64,000 nt of DNA from Dehalococcoidia bacterium (GCA_963555985.3 OY820591.1:896001-960000); one strand, 5' to 3'. Shown: positions 37,234 through 47,204, numbered from the stretch's first letter. Numbers and translations are program-made. The notes: generated from the sequence alone by a model not told the origin.

Positions 37234-38754
37234 CTACTCCCGGGCCAAGCGCCAGGAGAGATGGCGCTGCCAGGTTGGGTCGGTCTGTGGGTAGTCGTCT
37301 CGCAGGTGCGCGCCGCGCGATTCGGTTCGTTCGAGGGCGGCGAGCGCGATCGTGGTGGCGCTGAGGGTTGCGAGAGCGAGTGAAGGGTCGGCGTGGTTTG
37401 GAGTTTCGCCGTTCCAGGCTTGGAGTTGGTTGGCGGCGTTTTGCAAGCCGGATTGGGAGCGGGTGATGCCGACGTGGTTGCTCATCAGGGTGCGCAAGGC
37501 GCTCCAAGAGGGTGCGCTGACTGTGAGGGGGAGGTGAAGCTCGGATAGGTCGGTTGGAGGCTGGGCTGGTTGATTGGCGTTGTTTGCGATTGCGTTGGCG
37601 GCGCGGGTGGAGAAGACGGCGGCTTCGAGGAGGGAGTTGGAGGCGACGCGGTTGGCTCCGTGCGCGCCGGTAGCGGCGGATTCGCCGCAGGCGTAGAGGC
37701 CGGGGACGGTGGTGCGGGCGTGGAGGTCGGTGTAGACGCCGCCCATGTGGTAGTGAGCAGCGGGGGCGACGGGGATGGAGCCGGCGGTGAGGTCGCAGCC
37801 GCGTTGGAGGCAGCCGGCGTAGACGCCCGGGAAGCGCTGCTTGATGAAATCGGGGCCTCGGTGGGAGATGTCAAGCCGAACATGGTTGGTCTGGTCTTGG
37901 CGCATGGTTTCGGTGATGGCGCGGGCGACGACGCTGCGGGGGGCGAGTTCGGCGTCGGGGTGGAAGGCAGGCATGAAGCGGTCGCCGGCGGCGTTCAGGA
38001 GGGTTGCGCCTTCGCCTCGGAGCGCTTCGGAGACAAGGAAGGCGTCGTCTGCGGTGGCTAGGGCGGTGGGGTGAAACTGGACGAACTCGAGGTCGCGGAC
38101 GACTGCGCCGGCGCGGAGGGCGAGAGCAATGCCGTCGGCGGTGGCGTTGGGCGGGTTGGTGGTGGTTTGGTAGAGGGCGCCCGCGCCGCCAGTGGCGAGG
38201 ATGGTGGCTTGGGCGGTGATGGTCTCTAGCCGTCCATTGGAGTCCGTGATCACAGCGCCTACGCAGCGTCCTGCTTCGATGGCCAAGTCGATCACGGTGG
38301 TGTCGGTGCGGACATCGACGTTGGCGTCGGCGAGGGCCTGGGTGAGGGCGCGCTGGATGTGGAAGCCGGTGCGGTCGCCGCCGGCGTGGAGGACGCGGGG
38401 TTGAGAGTGGGCGCCTTCTCGGGCAAGGGCAAGCGCTCCGTCGTGTTGGCGGTCGAAGTGGACTCCGAGTTCGATCAAGCGGGCGACGACGGCGGGGCCT
38501 TCCTGGGCGAGGACGCTGACGGCGGCGGGATCGCAGAGTCCGTCACCGGCGCGGATGGTGTCGTCGGCGTGGCGTTGGGGGTCGTCGGAGGTTGCGACGG
38601 CGGCGGCGATGCCGCCCTGGGCCTGGCGGGTGTTGGTTTGTTCGAGTTGGGTTTTGCTGAGCAGGCAGACGGAGGTATGGCGTGCTGTGAGCAAGGCGGC
38701 GTTGAGTCCGGCGAGGCCGCTGCCGATGATGAGGACGCCGACGTGGGTGGACAT
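37234..38754 (-). CDS. nadB: L-aspartate oxidase
   Basis: GSGLAG, AQGGIAA, QFHPT and HGANRVASNSLLE motifs. Confidence 0.95.
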   Translation of the reverse strand: MSTHVGVLIIGSGLAGLNAALLTARHTSVCLLSKTQLEQTNTRQAQGGIAAAVATSDDPQRHADDTIRAGDGLCDPAAVSVLAQEGPAVVARLIELGVHFDRQHDGALALAREGAHSQPRVLHAGGDRTGFHIQRALTQALADANVDVRTDTTVIDLAIEAGRCVGAVITDSNGRLETITAQATILATGGAGALYQTTTNPPNATADGIALALRAGAVVRDLEFVQFHPTALATADDAFLVSEALRGEGATLLNAAGDRFMPAFHPDAELAPRSVVARAITETMRQDQTNHVRLDISHRGPDFIKQRFPGVYAGCLQRGCDLTAGSIPVAPAAHYHMGGVYTDLHARTTVPGLYACGESAATGAHGANRVASNSLLEAAVFSTRAANAIANNANQPAQPPTDLSELHLPLTVSAPSWSALRTLMSNHVGITRSQSGLQNAANQLQAWNGETPNHADPSLALATLSATTIALAALERTESRGAHLRDDYPQTDPTWQRHLSWRLARE

Positions 38755-38757
38755 TTG

Positions 38758-39975
38758 CTAGGTGATTTGGAGCATTCGGTCGAGGGCGACTCGGGCCCAT
38801 TTGCGAGTGTCCTGGTCGACGCTGACCTGGTTGACGATGCGTCCTTCGACCAGGGATTCGGTGACCCAGGCGAGGTAGGCGGGGTGAACTCGGTACATGG
38901 TGGCGCAGGGGCAGATGACGGGATCGAGGCAGAAGGCGGTCTTGCCCTCGTGCGCGACCTCGGCGTTGAGCCGATGCACGAGGTTGATCTCAGTACCGAC
39001 GGCGTAGACGCCCGGGGGTCCGTTGCGGACGTAGTTGATGATGTACTCGGTGGAGCCGTTGGCGTCGGCGGCGTCGACGACGGGTTCGGGGCACTCGGGG
39101 TGGACGACGACCCGGCAGCCCGGGTGCTCGCGGCGGGCTTTTTCGATCTGGTCGACGCGGAAGCGAATGTGGACGGAGCAGTGTCCTTGCCAGAGGAGGA
39201 TTTTGGAGGAGCGGACGCGGTCTGGTTTGAGTCCGCCGAGGGCTTTGCGGGGACTCCAGACCGCCATTTCGGTGCGCGGGTCGATGCCCATGCCTTTGCC
39301 GGTGTTGCGGCCGAGGTGCTGGTCGGGGAAGAAGAGCACCTGGTCGCCTTGCTCGAAGGCCCATTCGAGGACGGCGGTTGCGTTGGAGGAGGTACAGACC
39401 GCGCCGCCGTTGCGTCCAACGAAGGCCTTGAGGGAGGCGGCGGAGTTCATATAGGTGATGGGGATGGTGCGGGAAGTATCGACGACTTCGCTGAGTTCGT
39501 CCCAGCCGTCGTAAACATCATCGGGTTGGGCCATGTCGGCCATAGAGCAGCCGGCGGCCAGGTTGGGGAGGATCACGGTCTGTTCGGGGGTGGCGAGGAT
39601 GTCGGCGCTTTCGGCCATGAAGTGGACGCCGCAGAAGACGATGAAGTCGGCGTCGGGGCGGCTGGCGGCCTGTTGAGCGAGCTTGAAGGAGTCGCCGCGG
39701 AAGTCGGCGAATTCGATGATGTCGTCGCGTTGGTAGTGGTGTCCGAGGATCAGCAGGCGGTCGCCGAGTTGGGCGCGAGCGGCGCGGATGCGTTCGCGGA
39801 GTTCGTCGCCGCTGAGGTTGAGGTACGACCGGGGGATTTCGGGCTGCCAGTCGCCGAGATGGGGTTCGCTGACGAGGGGGATGGTGCCGATGTCGGTTTC
39901 GCAGGCCTCGTCGGGGAGATCGGGCGGGAGCAGATCGGGGACATAATCGGTGGGGACGACGGTTGGGGTGGTCAT
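38758..39975 (-). CDS. nadA: Quinolinate synthase
   Basis: GHHYQ, FCGVHFMAE, GCSMA and HPEC motifs. Confidence 0.96.
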   Translation of the reverse strand: MTTPTVVPTDYVPDLLPPDLPDEACETDIGTIPLVSEPHLGDWQPEIPRSYLNLSGDELRERIRAARAQLGDRLLILGHHYQRDDIIEFADFRGDSFKLAQQAASRPDADFIVFCGVHFMAESADILATPEQTVILPNLAAGCSMADMAQPDDVYDGWDELSEVVDTSRTIPITYMNSAASLKAFVGRNGGAVCTSSNATAVLEWAFEQGDQVLFFPDQHLGRNTGKGMGIDPRTEMAVWSPRKALGGLKPDRVRSSKILLWQGHCSVHIRFRVDQIEKARREHPGCRVVVHPECPEPVVDAADANGSTEYIINYVRNGPPGVYAVGTEINLVHRLNAEVAHEGKTAFCLDPVICPCATMYRVHPAYLAWVTESLVEGRIVNQVSVDQDTRKWARVALDRMLQIT

Positions 39976-39996
39976 GGCGGGCTCTCGGCGGGGTAG

Positions 39997-40017
39997 TTAG
40001 TGTCAGTGTGACACTAA
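39997..40017. promoter_or_regulatory. NrtR operator, perfect 21-bp palindrome TTAGTGTCA-GTG-TGACACTAA
   Basis: GT-N7-AC core typical of NrtR sites; 22 nt upstream of nadA; nrtR is adjacent. Confidence 0.85.
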
Positions 40018-40333
40018 GGATGTCTGAGAGTGTTGCAAATCTGAGTGTGTGCTGTCAAGTCCCCCTTGATGAGCCGGGCGGTGGTTGGGAGTGTCAGAAG
40101 TCGTCGTCTTTCTGCGTGCTCTCGTCTCTAGGACAAGGACGTAGTGGTGCTTCCCGGGCTCGTCGATCTGGTCGGGTTCGAGCAGCTTGGGTGCAGGACT
40201 CGGCGAGTGATCCCCGCCTTCGGAGACGTTTGCGAAATCCATCCCGGTACGTTGGGACCTCGGAGAAGCGGAACGTGCAATGTGAGGTCGGTGGTACGAC
40301 CAGATTGGGAGTGACTTCACACTTGGTTGCTTC

Positions 40334-40412
40334 GAGATTCCCGCCTGCGCGGGAATGACGGAAATGGGAGTGGGATGCCCCCTCCGTCGCTCCACGACAC
40401 CTCCCCCAGGGG
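40334..40412. repeat. dRS3-like family C plus family A REP-like elements
   Basis: GAGATTCCCGCCTGCGCGGGAATGACGG; CCCCTCCGTCGCTCCACGACACCTCCCC. Confidence 0.75.
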
Positions 40413-40435
40413 GTGGTCTAGAGAGAGGATGAGGG

Positions 40436-41107
40436 TTAGCGGTTGACGAATCGGTAGAGGCGGGCGGGGCGGTGGCGGCCGTCGGTTCGTGACTCCGAGG
40501 TGGCTTGGATGAAATCGGTGGCGAGCAGGCGGCGGCGGAAGTTTCGTTTGTCGAGGTGGCGGCCGAGGATGGCTTCGTAGACCTGTTGGAGTTCGCGCAT
40601 GGTGAAGAGCGGGGGAAGGAGGCTGTAGGCGGCGTCGGTGTATTGGAGCTTGTTGATCAGGCGCTCGCGGGCGACGGCGATGACTCGTTCGTTGGCGAAA
40701 GCGAGCGGGGGCATTCGCTCGAGGTCGAACCAAGCGGGTCTCCAGGCGGTGCGCTGGGCGAGGCGGACGCGGGACTGGTCGACGAGGGCGAACCAGGCGA
40801 CGGCGACGGAGCCGTCGGGGTTGGATTGATCGAGGTCGCCGAAGGTATAGAGCTGTTCGAGGAAGAGGTCGGTGACGCCGGTTTCTTCGGCGAGTTTGCG
40901 GACGGCGGCGTTTTCGAGCGATTCCCCGTGTTGGAGGGCGCCGCCGGGGATGGCCCACATCCCTTCGCAGGGGGCGGCGGAACGCTCGATCAGAAGCACT
41001 TGCAGGCGCTCCTCTTCGACGGTGAAGATGACGACGAGGACGGCGACATCGGGCTGTCGCTGTTGGGGGCGGCGCTCAGCGGCTGGGGGGGCGATTTCGG
41101 TAGTCAT
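40436..41107 (-). CDS. nrtR: Nudix-related transcriptional regulator NrtR
   Basis: WAIPGG...LAEETG, LEQLYTFG, DKRNFRR and RPARLYRF motifs. Confidence 0.9.
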   Translation of the reverse strand: MTTEIAPPAAERRPQQRQPDVAVLVVIFTVEEERLQVLLIERSAAPCEGMWAIPGGALQHGESLENAAVRKLAEETGVTDLFLEQLYTFGDLDQSNPDGSVAVAWFALVDQSRVRLAQRTAWRPAWFDLERMPPLAFANERVIAVARERLINKLQYTDAAYSLLPPLFTMRELQQVYEAILGRHLDKRNFRRRLLATDFIQATSESRTDGRHRPARLYRFVNR

Positions 41108-41110
41108 GGC

Positions 41111-42472
41111 TCAACCGGCGGCGGGAGCGGTCGCAAGTTCGCCCTGGAGCGACCAGGCGCCGGTGCGAGTGACGGAGACCTTGACCAGCTCGCCGGCTCG
41201 CGCTGCGCTCAGCGGCGCGTCGAAATGCACCAGTTTCATCGTGCGGGTGCGCCCGGTGTGGCGTTCGAGCGCGGGATCGTCCGAGGGCTTGGTCTGTTCG
41301 ATCAGGGCTTCCACGTCACGGAGGAAGTAGCTGCTGTTGATCTCGAATGAGATCGTGCGTTGCAGCTCTTCGATCCGATGCAGGCGCTCGGCCTTGAGTT
41401 CGGCGGGGATGTCGTCGGGCTGTTTGCGTTCGGCGTAGGTACCGGTGCGGAGGCTGTAGGCGGCGACGTGCACCTTGTCGAAGCGGAGCTCGGCCAAGAG
41501 GTCGTAGGTCTGTTGGAAGTCGGTTTCGGTCTCGCCTGGGAAGCCGACGATGACATCGGTGGAGATGCCGACTTCGGGCCAAAGCGAGCGAACTTTTTCG
41601 ACTCGCTCGCGGAACTGGGCGACGGTGTAGCCGCGGCGCATGTTGGTCAGCACGTCGTCCGCGCCGGACTGGACGGGAAGGGAGAAGGCTTCGCAGACTT
41701 TGGGCAGTTGGGCCATGCCTTCGAGGATGCGGTCGGTCATGTCGGGCGGGTAGGAGGTGAGTTGGCGGATGCGGATCAGATCGTCGAAGTCGTGGATGGC
41801 GCGCATCAGATCGGAGAGGTCGGCGTGGTTGGTGGCGGGATCGATAGGGGGTTGGTCTTTGCCGTAGGCCTCGACGGTTTGACCGAGCAAGGTCACTTCG
41901 CGCACCCCGCGTTTGAGGTGGGCTTCGATCTCGCGCGCGACTTCGGCGATCGGGCGGCTGCGCTCGCGGCCCCGGCGCAGCGGGACGATGCAGTAGGTGC
42001 AGAACTTGTCGCAGCCTTCGATCACGGGGACGAATGCAGTTGGGCGGGTTTCTTCGGGGAAGACCTCCGGCCAGAACTCGCCGCCGTCGTCGCTTGCGGG
42101 CGGTGGCGCGTCGGGAAGATCGAGGAGGGAGATGACTTGATCGAAGCGCTGGGGTTGGGCCCAGGCGTCGACGAAGGGGAAGCGGTTGACGATGGGATCG
42201 TCGCCGCGGGCAGTGTGCGGTCCGACCATGCAGCCCATGACGGCGATGCGAAGGTTGGGGTTGTGTTGTTTGAAGCGCTTGAGCGTGCCGAGCTTGGCCT
42301 GGGCTTTGTCTTCGGCGTGCTGGCGGACGGCGCAGGTGTTGAGTACGACGAGGTCGGCGTCGCGGGGGTGGTCGGTGGGTTCGAGCCCGAGGCGTCGGAG
42401 ACCGGCGGCGAGTTTGGCGCTGTCGGCGGTGTTGACCTGGCAGCCGACGGTCCAGATGTGGAATTGGGACAT
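41111..42472 (-). CDS. miaB: tRNA-2-methylthio-N6-dimethylallyladenosine synthase
   Basis: GCQVNTADS, NTCAVR, GCDKFCTYCIVP and C-terminal TRAM domain. Confidence 0.93.
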   Translation of the reverse strand: MSQFHIWTVGCQVNTADSAKLAAGLRRLGLEPTDHPRDADLVVLNTCAVRQHAEDKAQAKLGTLKRFKQHNPNLRIAVMGCMVGPHTARGDDPIVNRFPFVDAWAQPQRFDQVISLLDLPDAPPPASDDGGEFWPEVFPEETRPTAFVPVIEGCDKFCTYCIVPLRRGRERSRPIAEVAREIEAHLKRGVREVTLLGQTVEAYGKDQPPIDPATNHADLSDLMRAIHDFDDLIRIRQLTSYPPDMTDRILEGMAQLPKVCEAFSLPVQSGADDVLTNMRRGYTVAQFRERVEKVRSLWPEVGISTDVIVGFPGETETDFQQTYDLLAELRFDKVHVAAYSLRTGTYAERKQPDDIPAELKAERLHRIEELQRTISFEINSSYFLRDVEALIEQTKPSDDPALERHTGRTRTMKLVHFDAPLSAARAGELVKVSVTRTGAWSLQGELATAPAAG

Positions 42473-42507
42473 GGCGTCTCGCTTGGCGAAGTGGGTCCTG
42501 ATCGAGC

Positions 42508-42533
42508 GAGATTCCCGCCTGCGCGGGAATGAC
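42508..42533. repeat. dRS3-like family C palindrome
   Basis: GAGATTCCCGCCTGCGCGGGAATGAC. Confidence 0.75.
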
Positions 42534-42568
42534 GACGCAGGATGTTGCGCAGGGTCTCCGTTGTGGCG

Positions 42569-42658
42569 TGGCGGAGGGTGAGGGATTCGAACCCTCGACG
42601 GAGTTTCCCCCGAACCCGCTTAGCAGGCGGGCGCACTAGGCCACTATGCGAACCCTCC
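42569..42658 (-). tRNA. tRNA-Ser(GCT)
   Basis: Acceptor stem GGAGGGT/ACCCTCC, anticodon arm CCCGC-CTGCTAA-GCGGG, long variable arm, GGTTCGAATCC, encoded CCA. Confidence 0.96.
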
Positions 42659-42724
42659 ACCTGTGAGATTAGCAGCGCGGCGGTCATATGCTGCGCGTGA
42701 CCGGCGGCGAAGTGTGGGAGCAAT

Positions 42725-43675
42725 GTGATGGTGTCCTCAATCCGCGCGCGACTCGATCGCTTGATCACGCTCTTGCCTGAGCGCGAGCGTCTGGAAGCGC
42801 TGCTCGGTCAGCATTGGATGCCGCTGGCAGGCGCATTGGGAGCGATTGCGTTGGCGTTGATCGTGGCGCTTCCGCTGGCGTTGGGGACTCGGAGCGACGG
42901 CTTCGTGATTCGGACGTCGGACGGGGCGCGGATTGTGGCGGAGGTGACGGGTTCGGGCGATCGCTGGGTGTTGCTCGGTCACATGTATCCGACGAAGCGA
43001 ACGAAGCCGACCAACCGGCAGATCTGGGACAAGTTCGAGTCGCGCCTGGTCGCCGAGGGCTACCGGGTGCTGAGTTGGGACTTCCGCTGTCACGGCGAGA
43101 GTCCGTGTGTGTACAGCAAGCGTCCGATTGAGGACGTGCCGGAGCTCTATCTGGATTGGGAAGCGGCGATCGATTACGCGGTCGCGCACGGGGCCAGAGA
43201 GATTAACGGGATTGGCGTGAGTATGGGCGGTACCAGTCTGATGCAGGTGGCGGCGTATCGTTCGGAGCTGCGCTCGGTGAGCGCAATATCGAGTCCCAAC
43301 ATCTTCCCGAACAAGCCGCCGAAGGACTCGGAGCGAGGGGGAGATGACTGGGATCGTTTGGACGGTCTGAGCGGCGTTGCAGAGATTGAGGTGCCGAAGT
43401 TGTATCTGGTTGGGGCGGTGAATCAGTGCGCCTACTGGCAGTCGAAGCGGTATTTCGAGCGCGCGTCGGAGCCGGTCAGGTTGGTGGTCTATCTGACTGA
43501 TCTACATGGGACGGAGATCCTGGACGATGGGGAGTTGGGTGACGATGCGCAGCGGGAGGTTGTGGAGTTTCTCGCTGACCCTGAAGGCATTGCGGGCAAG
43601 GAGTTTCGCAATGAAGCGCCGGATGTGGATGCGCATGAGCAGTGTTATCCGCCTGAGGAGGAGGACGAGCAGTAG
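42725..43675 (+). CDS. Membrane-anchored alpha/beta hydrolase
   Basis: N-terminal TM; DFRCHGES, GVSMGG and LHG motifs; start uncertain. Confidence 0.8.
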   Translation: MMVSSIRARLDRLITLLPERERLEALLGQHWMPLAGALGAIALALIVALPLALGTRSDGFVIRTSDGARIVAEVTGSGDRWVLLGHMYPTKRTKPTNRQIWDKFESRLVAEGYRVLSWDFRCHGESPCVYSKRPIEDVPELYLDWEAAIDYAVAHGAREINGIGVSMGGTSLMQVAAYRSELRSVSAISSPNIFPNKPPKDSERGGDDWDRLDGLSGVAEIEVPKLYLVGAVNQCAYWQSKRYFERASEPVRLVVYLTDLHGTEILDDGELGDDAQREVVEFLADPEGIAGKEFRNEAPDVDAHEQCYPPEEEDEQ

Positions 43676-43716
43676 GTGAGGTAGTCCCGGGCGATACTCT
43701 GAGGACTGGAGGGCTC

Positions 43717-44160
43717 ATGGTTGCGGAGAGACTCGATGTGGTCACAGCGCTCGCAGCGGCGGCGACCCGCGCTGCGATCATTGAGGTGGTGCGTCGTTTT
43801 GAGCATGAGGCGATCGCGGATCGGCTGGACTATCTGATTGGGTTGGAGGCGGACGAGCCGGATGAGGCGCCGATGGATATTGATTCGCTGCGGTCTATGG
43901 CGGAGTTCGTGTTGAGTGAGGGCGAGCTTTACGATCCGGACATTGGGGTTGGTCCGGATGGTGTGGTTGGTCTGTCTTGGCGTTTGCCGCCGGACGGCAT
44001 GGCCTACCTACGATTCAAGGACTCCAACGTCGTCCGGTATGCAGTGATAGCGCCAACGGTGAACGACGGTGCCGAGCGCGCCCATGCCGCCGGGACTGTC
44101 GCTACTGCGGAAGTGATGGGGGCGATCAGTCCCTATGTGCCGCAGGCGCTGACACAGTGA
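43717..44160 (+). CDS. Hypothetical protein, possible antitoxin
   Basis: GGAGG RBS; acidic; PDIGVGPDGVVGLSW; GTGA overlap with next gene. Confidence 0.65.
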   Translation: MVAERLDVVTALAAAATRAAIIEVVRRFEHEAIADRLDYLIGLEADEPDEAPMDIDSLRSMAEFVLSEGELYDPDIGVGPDGVVGLSWRLPPDGMAYLRFKDSNVVRYAVIAPTVNDGAERAHAAGTVATAEVMGAISPYVPQALTQ

Positions 44161-44582
44161 CCGGCGATCCGATCCCGGACACTGATCACGTCAGCCGTTA
44201 CTGCCCACCACGAACTGTGCGGGACGGCCGAATCTTGCCCGATGCGTTTCAGTTGCGCGCCGGTGAGGAGTATCTGTCCGTCAACTGGTTGGAGTCATTT
44301 CGGCAGCCGTCGCGCCGCGAGGCGGTTGACCGCGTTCGCGCGCGAATGACGGCAAACGGGTTTTCGCTCCGCGATAACGGACGGTTCGTTGCACTGCGAG
44401 TCGGGGCGGTGATCCAGGCAGGCCGGGCGGTTGGCGGCAGGGAGTTGAGCGTGGAGCATCTCCCGACCACGGACGATGACTCACATTGCGGCATTCGTGG
44501 ATACACCGAGGACGACGTAGTGGTCGCTACAGCTCTTGCCGCGCTGGTGAGCGACGACGAGCTCTACCCGGGACGCCTTTAG
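44157..44582 (+). CDS. Hypothetical protein, possible ART/RES-like toxin
   Basis: VSRY...F...LSVNW...DSHCGI pattern; translationally coupled to upstream gene. Confidence 0.6.
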   Translation: MTGDPIPDTDHVSRYCPPRTVRDGRILPDAFQLRAGEEYLSVNWLESFRQPSRREAVDRVRARMTANGFSLRDNGRFVALRVGAVIQAGRAVGGRELSVEHLPTTDDDSHCGIRGYTEDDVVVATALAALVSDDELYPGRL

Positions 44583-44667
44583 TCCGCTTCGGATTCTTCT
44601 CTGTTGGCTGGACAGCGTCGCCGATGTATTGCGACGGGAGCTGGTTGGGCTTTGGAGGTTGGGCGGC

Positions 44668-44862
44668 TCAGGACTCACGATCGCGCCGGCGCTGGAGGAT
44701 GCGCAGCGTGATCGGGATGGCGGCGATCATGGCCGCCGCGCCGACGATGATCCCGACCCAAACGTTGACCGTGAGCGCGACGATCACCATCACGGCGACG
44801 CCGATCAAGGGGGCGACGAATCCCGCTCGCGCAGCGTCGCGGCCGGGGTCTTGTTGACTCAT
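44668..44862 (-). CDS. Small two-TM membrane protein
   Basis: Hydrophobic 64 aa; ATGA overlap with sucD stop. Confidence 0.65.
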   Translation of the reverse strand: MSQQDPGRDAARAGFVAPLIGVAVMVIVALTVNVWVGIIVGAAAMIAAIPITLRILQRRRDRES

Positions 44863-45779
44863 TCGACTGCGCCGGGAGGTTGGTACTTGCCGGCCTCTTC
44901 AAGCACGCGGCGCATGGTCGAACCGATGTCGGCGGGGCTGCGGCTGATGACGGCTCCGGCCTCTTCGAGCACGGCGAGTTTGGCTTCGGCGGTACCGTCT
45001 TTGCCTTCGATGATGGCGCCGGCGTGACCCATGCGGCGACCCGGAGGGGCGGTAGCGCCGGCGATGAAGGCGACCACGGGTTTGCGCATCTGACGCTTGA
45101 TGTAGGCCGCCGAGGCCTGCTCTGCCAGACCGCCGATTTCGCCGATCAGGACGACCGCATCGGTGTCGGGGTCGGACTGGAAGCGGCGGAGGATGTCAAC
45201 TTGCTGGAGGCCGATGATGGGGTCGCCGCCGACGCCGACGCAGGTGGACTGTCCGATGCCGGCGCGGGTGAGCTGGTCGACGGCTTCGTAGACCAGGGTG
45301 CCGGAGCGGGAGACGACGCCGACATTGCCCTGCATGAAGATGTCGGGCGGGTGAATCCCGACGCGGCACTGGGAGGCGGGCTGGATGACGCCCGGGCAGT
45401 TGGGGCCGATCAAGTGGCTCTTGGAGTTTTGCAGGGCCTGGCGCACACGGATCATGTCGTGGACGGGGACGCCCTCGGTGATGCAGATGATGAGGGGGAT
45501 TTCGGCGGCGATGTTTTCGAGGATGGCGTCGGCGGCTCCAGGGGCGGGGACGTAGATGATGGCGCAGTTGGCGTCGGTTTGGTGCAGCGCCTCGTGGACA
45601 GTGCTGTAGACGGGGAAGCTGTGGCTTTCATACCTGAAGGTGTCGCCGCCGCGGAAGCCGGGGTGGACGCCGGCGACGACTCTAGTGCCGTAGTCGAGCG
45701 AGCGGCGGATCTGATTCTGGCCCTCGTTGCCGAGGCCCTGGATCAGGACGCGGGTGCGCGAGTTGAGGAGGATGCTCAT
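44859..45779 (-). CDS. sucD: Succinyl-CoA synthetase alpha subunit
   Basis: IGPNCPG, SRSGTL and RRMGHAGAII motifs. Confidence 0.96.
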   Translation of the reverse strand: MSILLNSRTRVLIQGLGNEGQNQIRRSLDYGTRVVAGVHPGFRGGDTFRYESHSFPVYSTVHEALHQTDANCAIIYVPAPGAADAILENIAAEIPLIICITEGVPVHDMIRVRQALQNSKSHLIGPNCPGVIQPASQCRVGIHPPDIFMQGNVGVVSRSGTLVYEAVDQLTRAGIGQSTCVGVGGDPIIGLQQVDILRRFQSDPDTDAVVLIGEIGGLAEQASAAYIKRQMRKPVVAFIAGATAPPGRRMGHAGAIIEGKDGTAEAKLAVLEEAGAVISRSPADIGSTMRRVLEEAGKYQPPGAVE

Positions 45780-45817
45780 CAGTCGGACTCTTTCCGTTCG
45801 GGTCTACGCGCCGGCGC

Positions 45818-47083
45818 TTAGCGTCGGCGGCCTCGCGCGGCGGCGACGGCGAGTTGGGCGGCGTCGCCGAGTTCGTCGGCGGTCTGGACAGCGATGCCGG
45901 AGTCGTGCAGAACGCGACGGCCTTCGGCGACATTGGAGCCGTTGAGACGAACGACCATTGGCTGCTCGATCTTGAGCTCGTTGACCGCATCGACAACGCC
46001 TTCGGCGACGATATCGACGCGCGCGAGACCGCCGAAGATGTTGATGAAGATGGCCTTGACGTCGGGGTCTTGCTGGATGATCCGCAGCGCTTCGACCACG
46101 CGGTCTTTGCGGTTGACGGTACCGATGTCGAGGAAATTGGCGGGTTCGCCGCCGTGCAGCTTGAGCGTGTCCATGGTGGCCATGGCCAGACCGGCGCCGT
46201 TGACGACGCAGCCGATGTTGCCGTCGAGCTTGATGTAGGAGCCGATGTTGGCTTCTTCGGCTTCGATTTCGACCGGGTTTTCTTGGGAACGGTCGCGCCA
46301 GGTCTCGTAGCCGCCGTGACGGAAGGAGGCGTTGTCGTCGAGATTGATCTTGGCATCGAGGGCGACGACGCGGTTCTCGTTGGTGAGCACGAAGGGATTG
46401 ACTTCGACCATCGAGGCGTCCATCTCGATGAAGGTTCGGTAGAGCGCGGCGAAGAGATCGCCGGCCGGCCGCACGGCGGCCGAGGGCAGTCCCAGCTTGA
46501 CGGCGAGGGCACGCCCGCGGAATGCGGGGAAGCCTTCGGCCGGATCGATGTGTTGGCGAATGATCGCGGAGGGATTGGAGACGGCCAGTTCTTCGATCGA
46601 CTGTCCGCCCTCGGCAGAAGCCACGATCAGGGGACGTCCGGCGCCGCCGTCGACCTGGATCGAGATGTAGAACTCTTTGGCGATGGCGGTTTGCTGCTCG
46701 ATCAGGACAGTGGAGATGGGTGCGCCTTCGGCTCCGGTCTGGTGAGTGACGAGGTAGCCGTCCTGGAAAGCGCGGTACTCGGTCAGGGCGGCTTCGACGC
46801 TGTTGGCGAGACGGACGCCGCCGCGCCGTCGTCCGGTGAGTTGGCCTTCGGCCCGCTCCGGCTCGGATTCGAGGCGGCGGTACATGCGTGAACGTCCGGC
46901 CTTGCTGACGACGCGGCCTTTGCCGCGTCCGCCGGCGTGGACCTGGGCTTTGATGATGACCTTGCCGCCCAACTCCCGGACGAGCTGTCGAACTTCAGCT
47001 TCAGTCGAAGCGGGCCCACCGGCGGGTACCGGCACCCCGCGCGCCTTGAAGAGCTGCTTGGCCTGGTGTTCGTGGATGTTCAT
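45818..47083 (-). CDS. sucC: Succinyl-CoA synthetase beta subunit
   Basis: MNIHEHQAK, KAQVHAGGRGK and NGAGLAMATMD motifs. Confidence 0.96.
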   Translation of the reverse strand: MNIHEHQAKQLFKARGVPVPAGGPASTEAEVRQLVRELGGKVIIKAQVHAGGRGKGRVVSKAGRSRMYRRLESEPERAEGQLTGRRRGGVRLANSVEAALTEYRAFQDGYLVTHQTGAEGAPISTVLIEQQTAIAKEFYISIQVDGGAGRPLIVASAEGGQSIEELAVSNPSAIIRQHIDPAEGFPAFRGRALAVKLGLPSAAVRPAGDLFAALYRTFIEMDASMVEVNPFVLTNENRVVALDAKINLDDNASFRHGGYETWRDRSQENPVEIEAEEANIGSYIKLDGNIGCVVNGAGLAMATMDTLKLHGGEPANFLDIGTVNRKDRVVEALRIIQQDPDVKAIFINIFGGLARVDIVAEGVVDAVNELKIEQPMVVRLNGSNVAEGRRVLHDSGIAVQTADELGDAAQLAVAAARGRRR

Positions 47084-47204
47084 GCTCTCGTGTTTCCGTC
47101 CAGCGGCGACGTCTCAAACACGCACAGCGCGGTGTGAGCGTCGCAACTTCCGAACATACCCGCGCCGATCCTGTGGGGCAATGCGGGCAGGCTAGGCTGA
47201 CGCC

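Noticed and set aside
40003-40395. 130-aa ORF between nrtR and nadA
   Set aside because: Starts in a REP element and runs over the nadA promoter/operator; no motif support
42569-44582. Genomic island integrated at tRNA-Ser
   Set aside because: The accessory genes lie on the tRNA 5-prime side; no integrase or duplicated tRNA 3-prime end was seen
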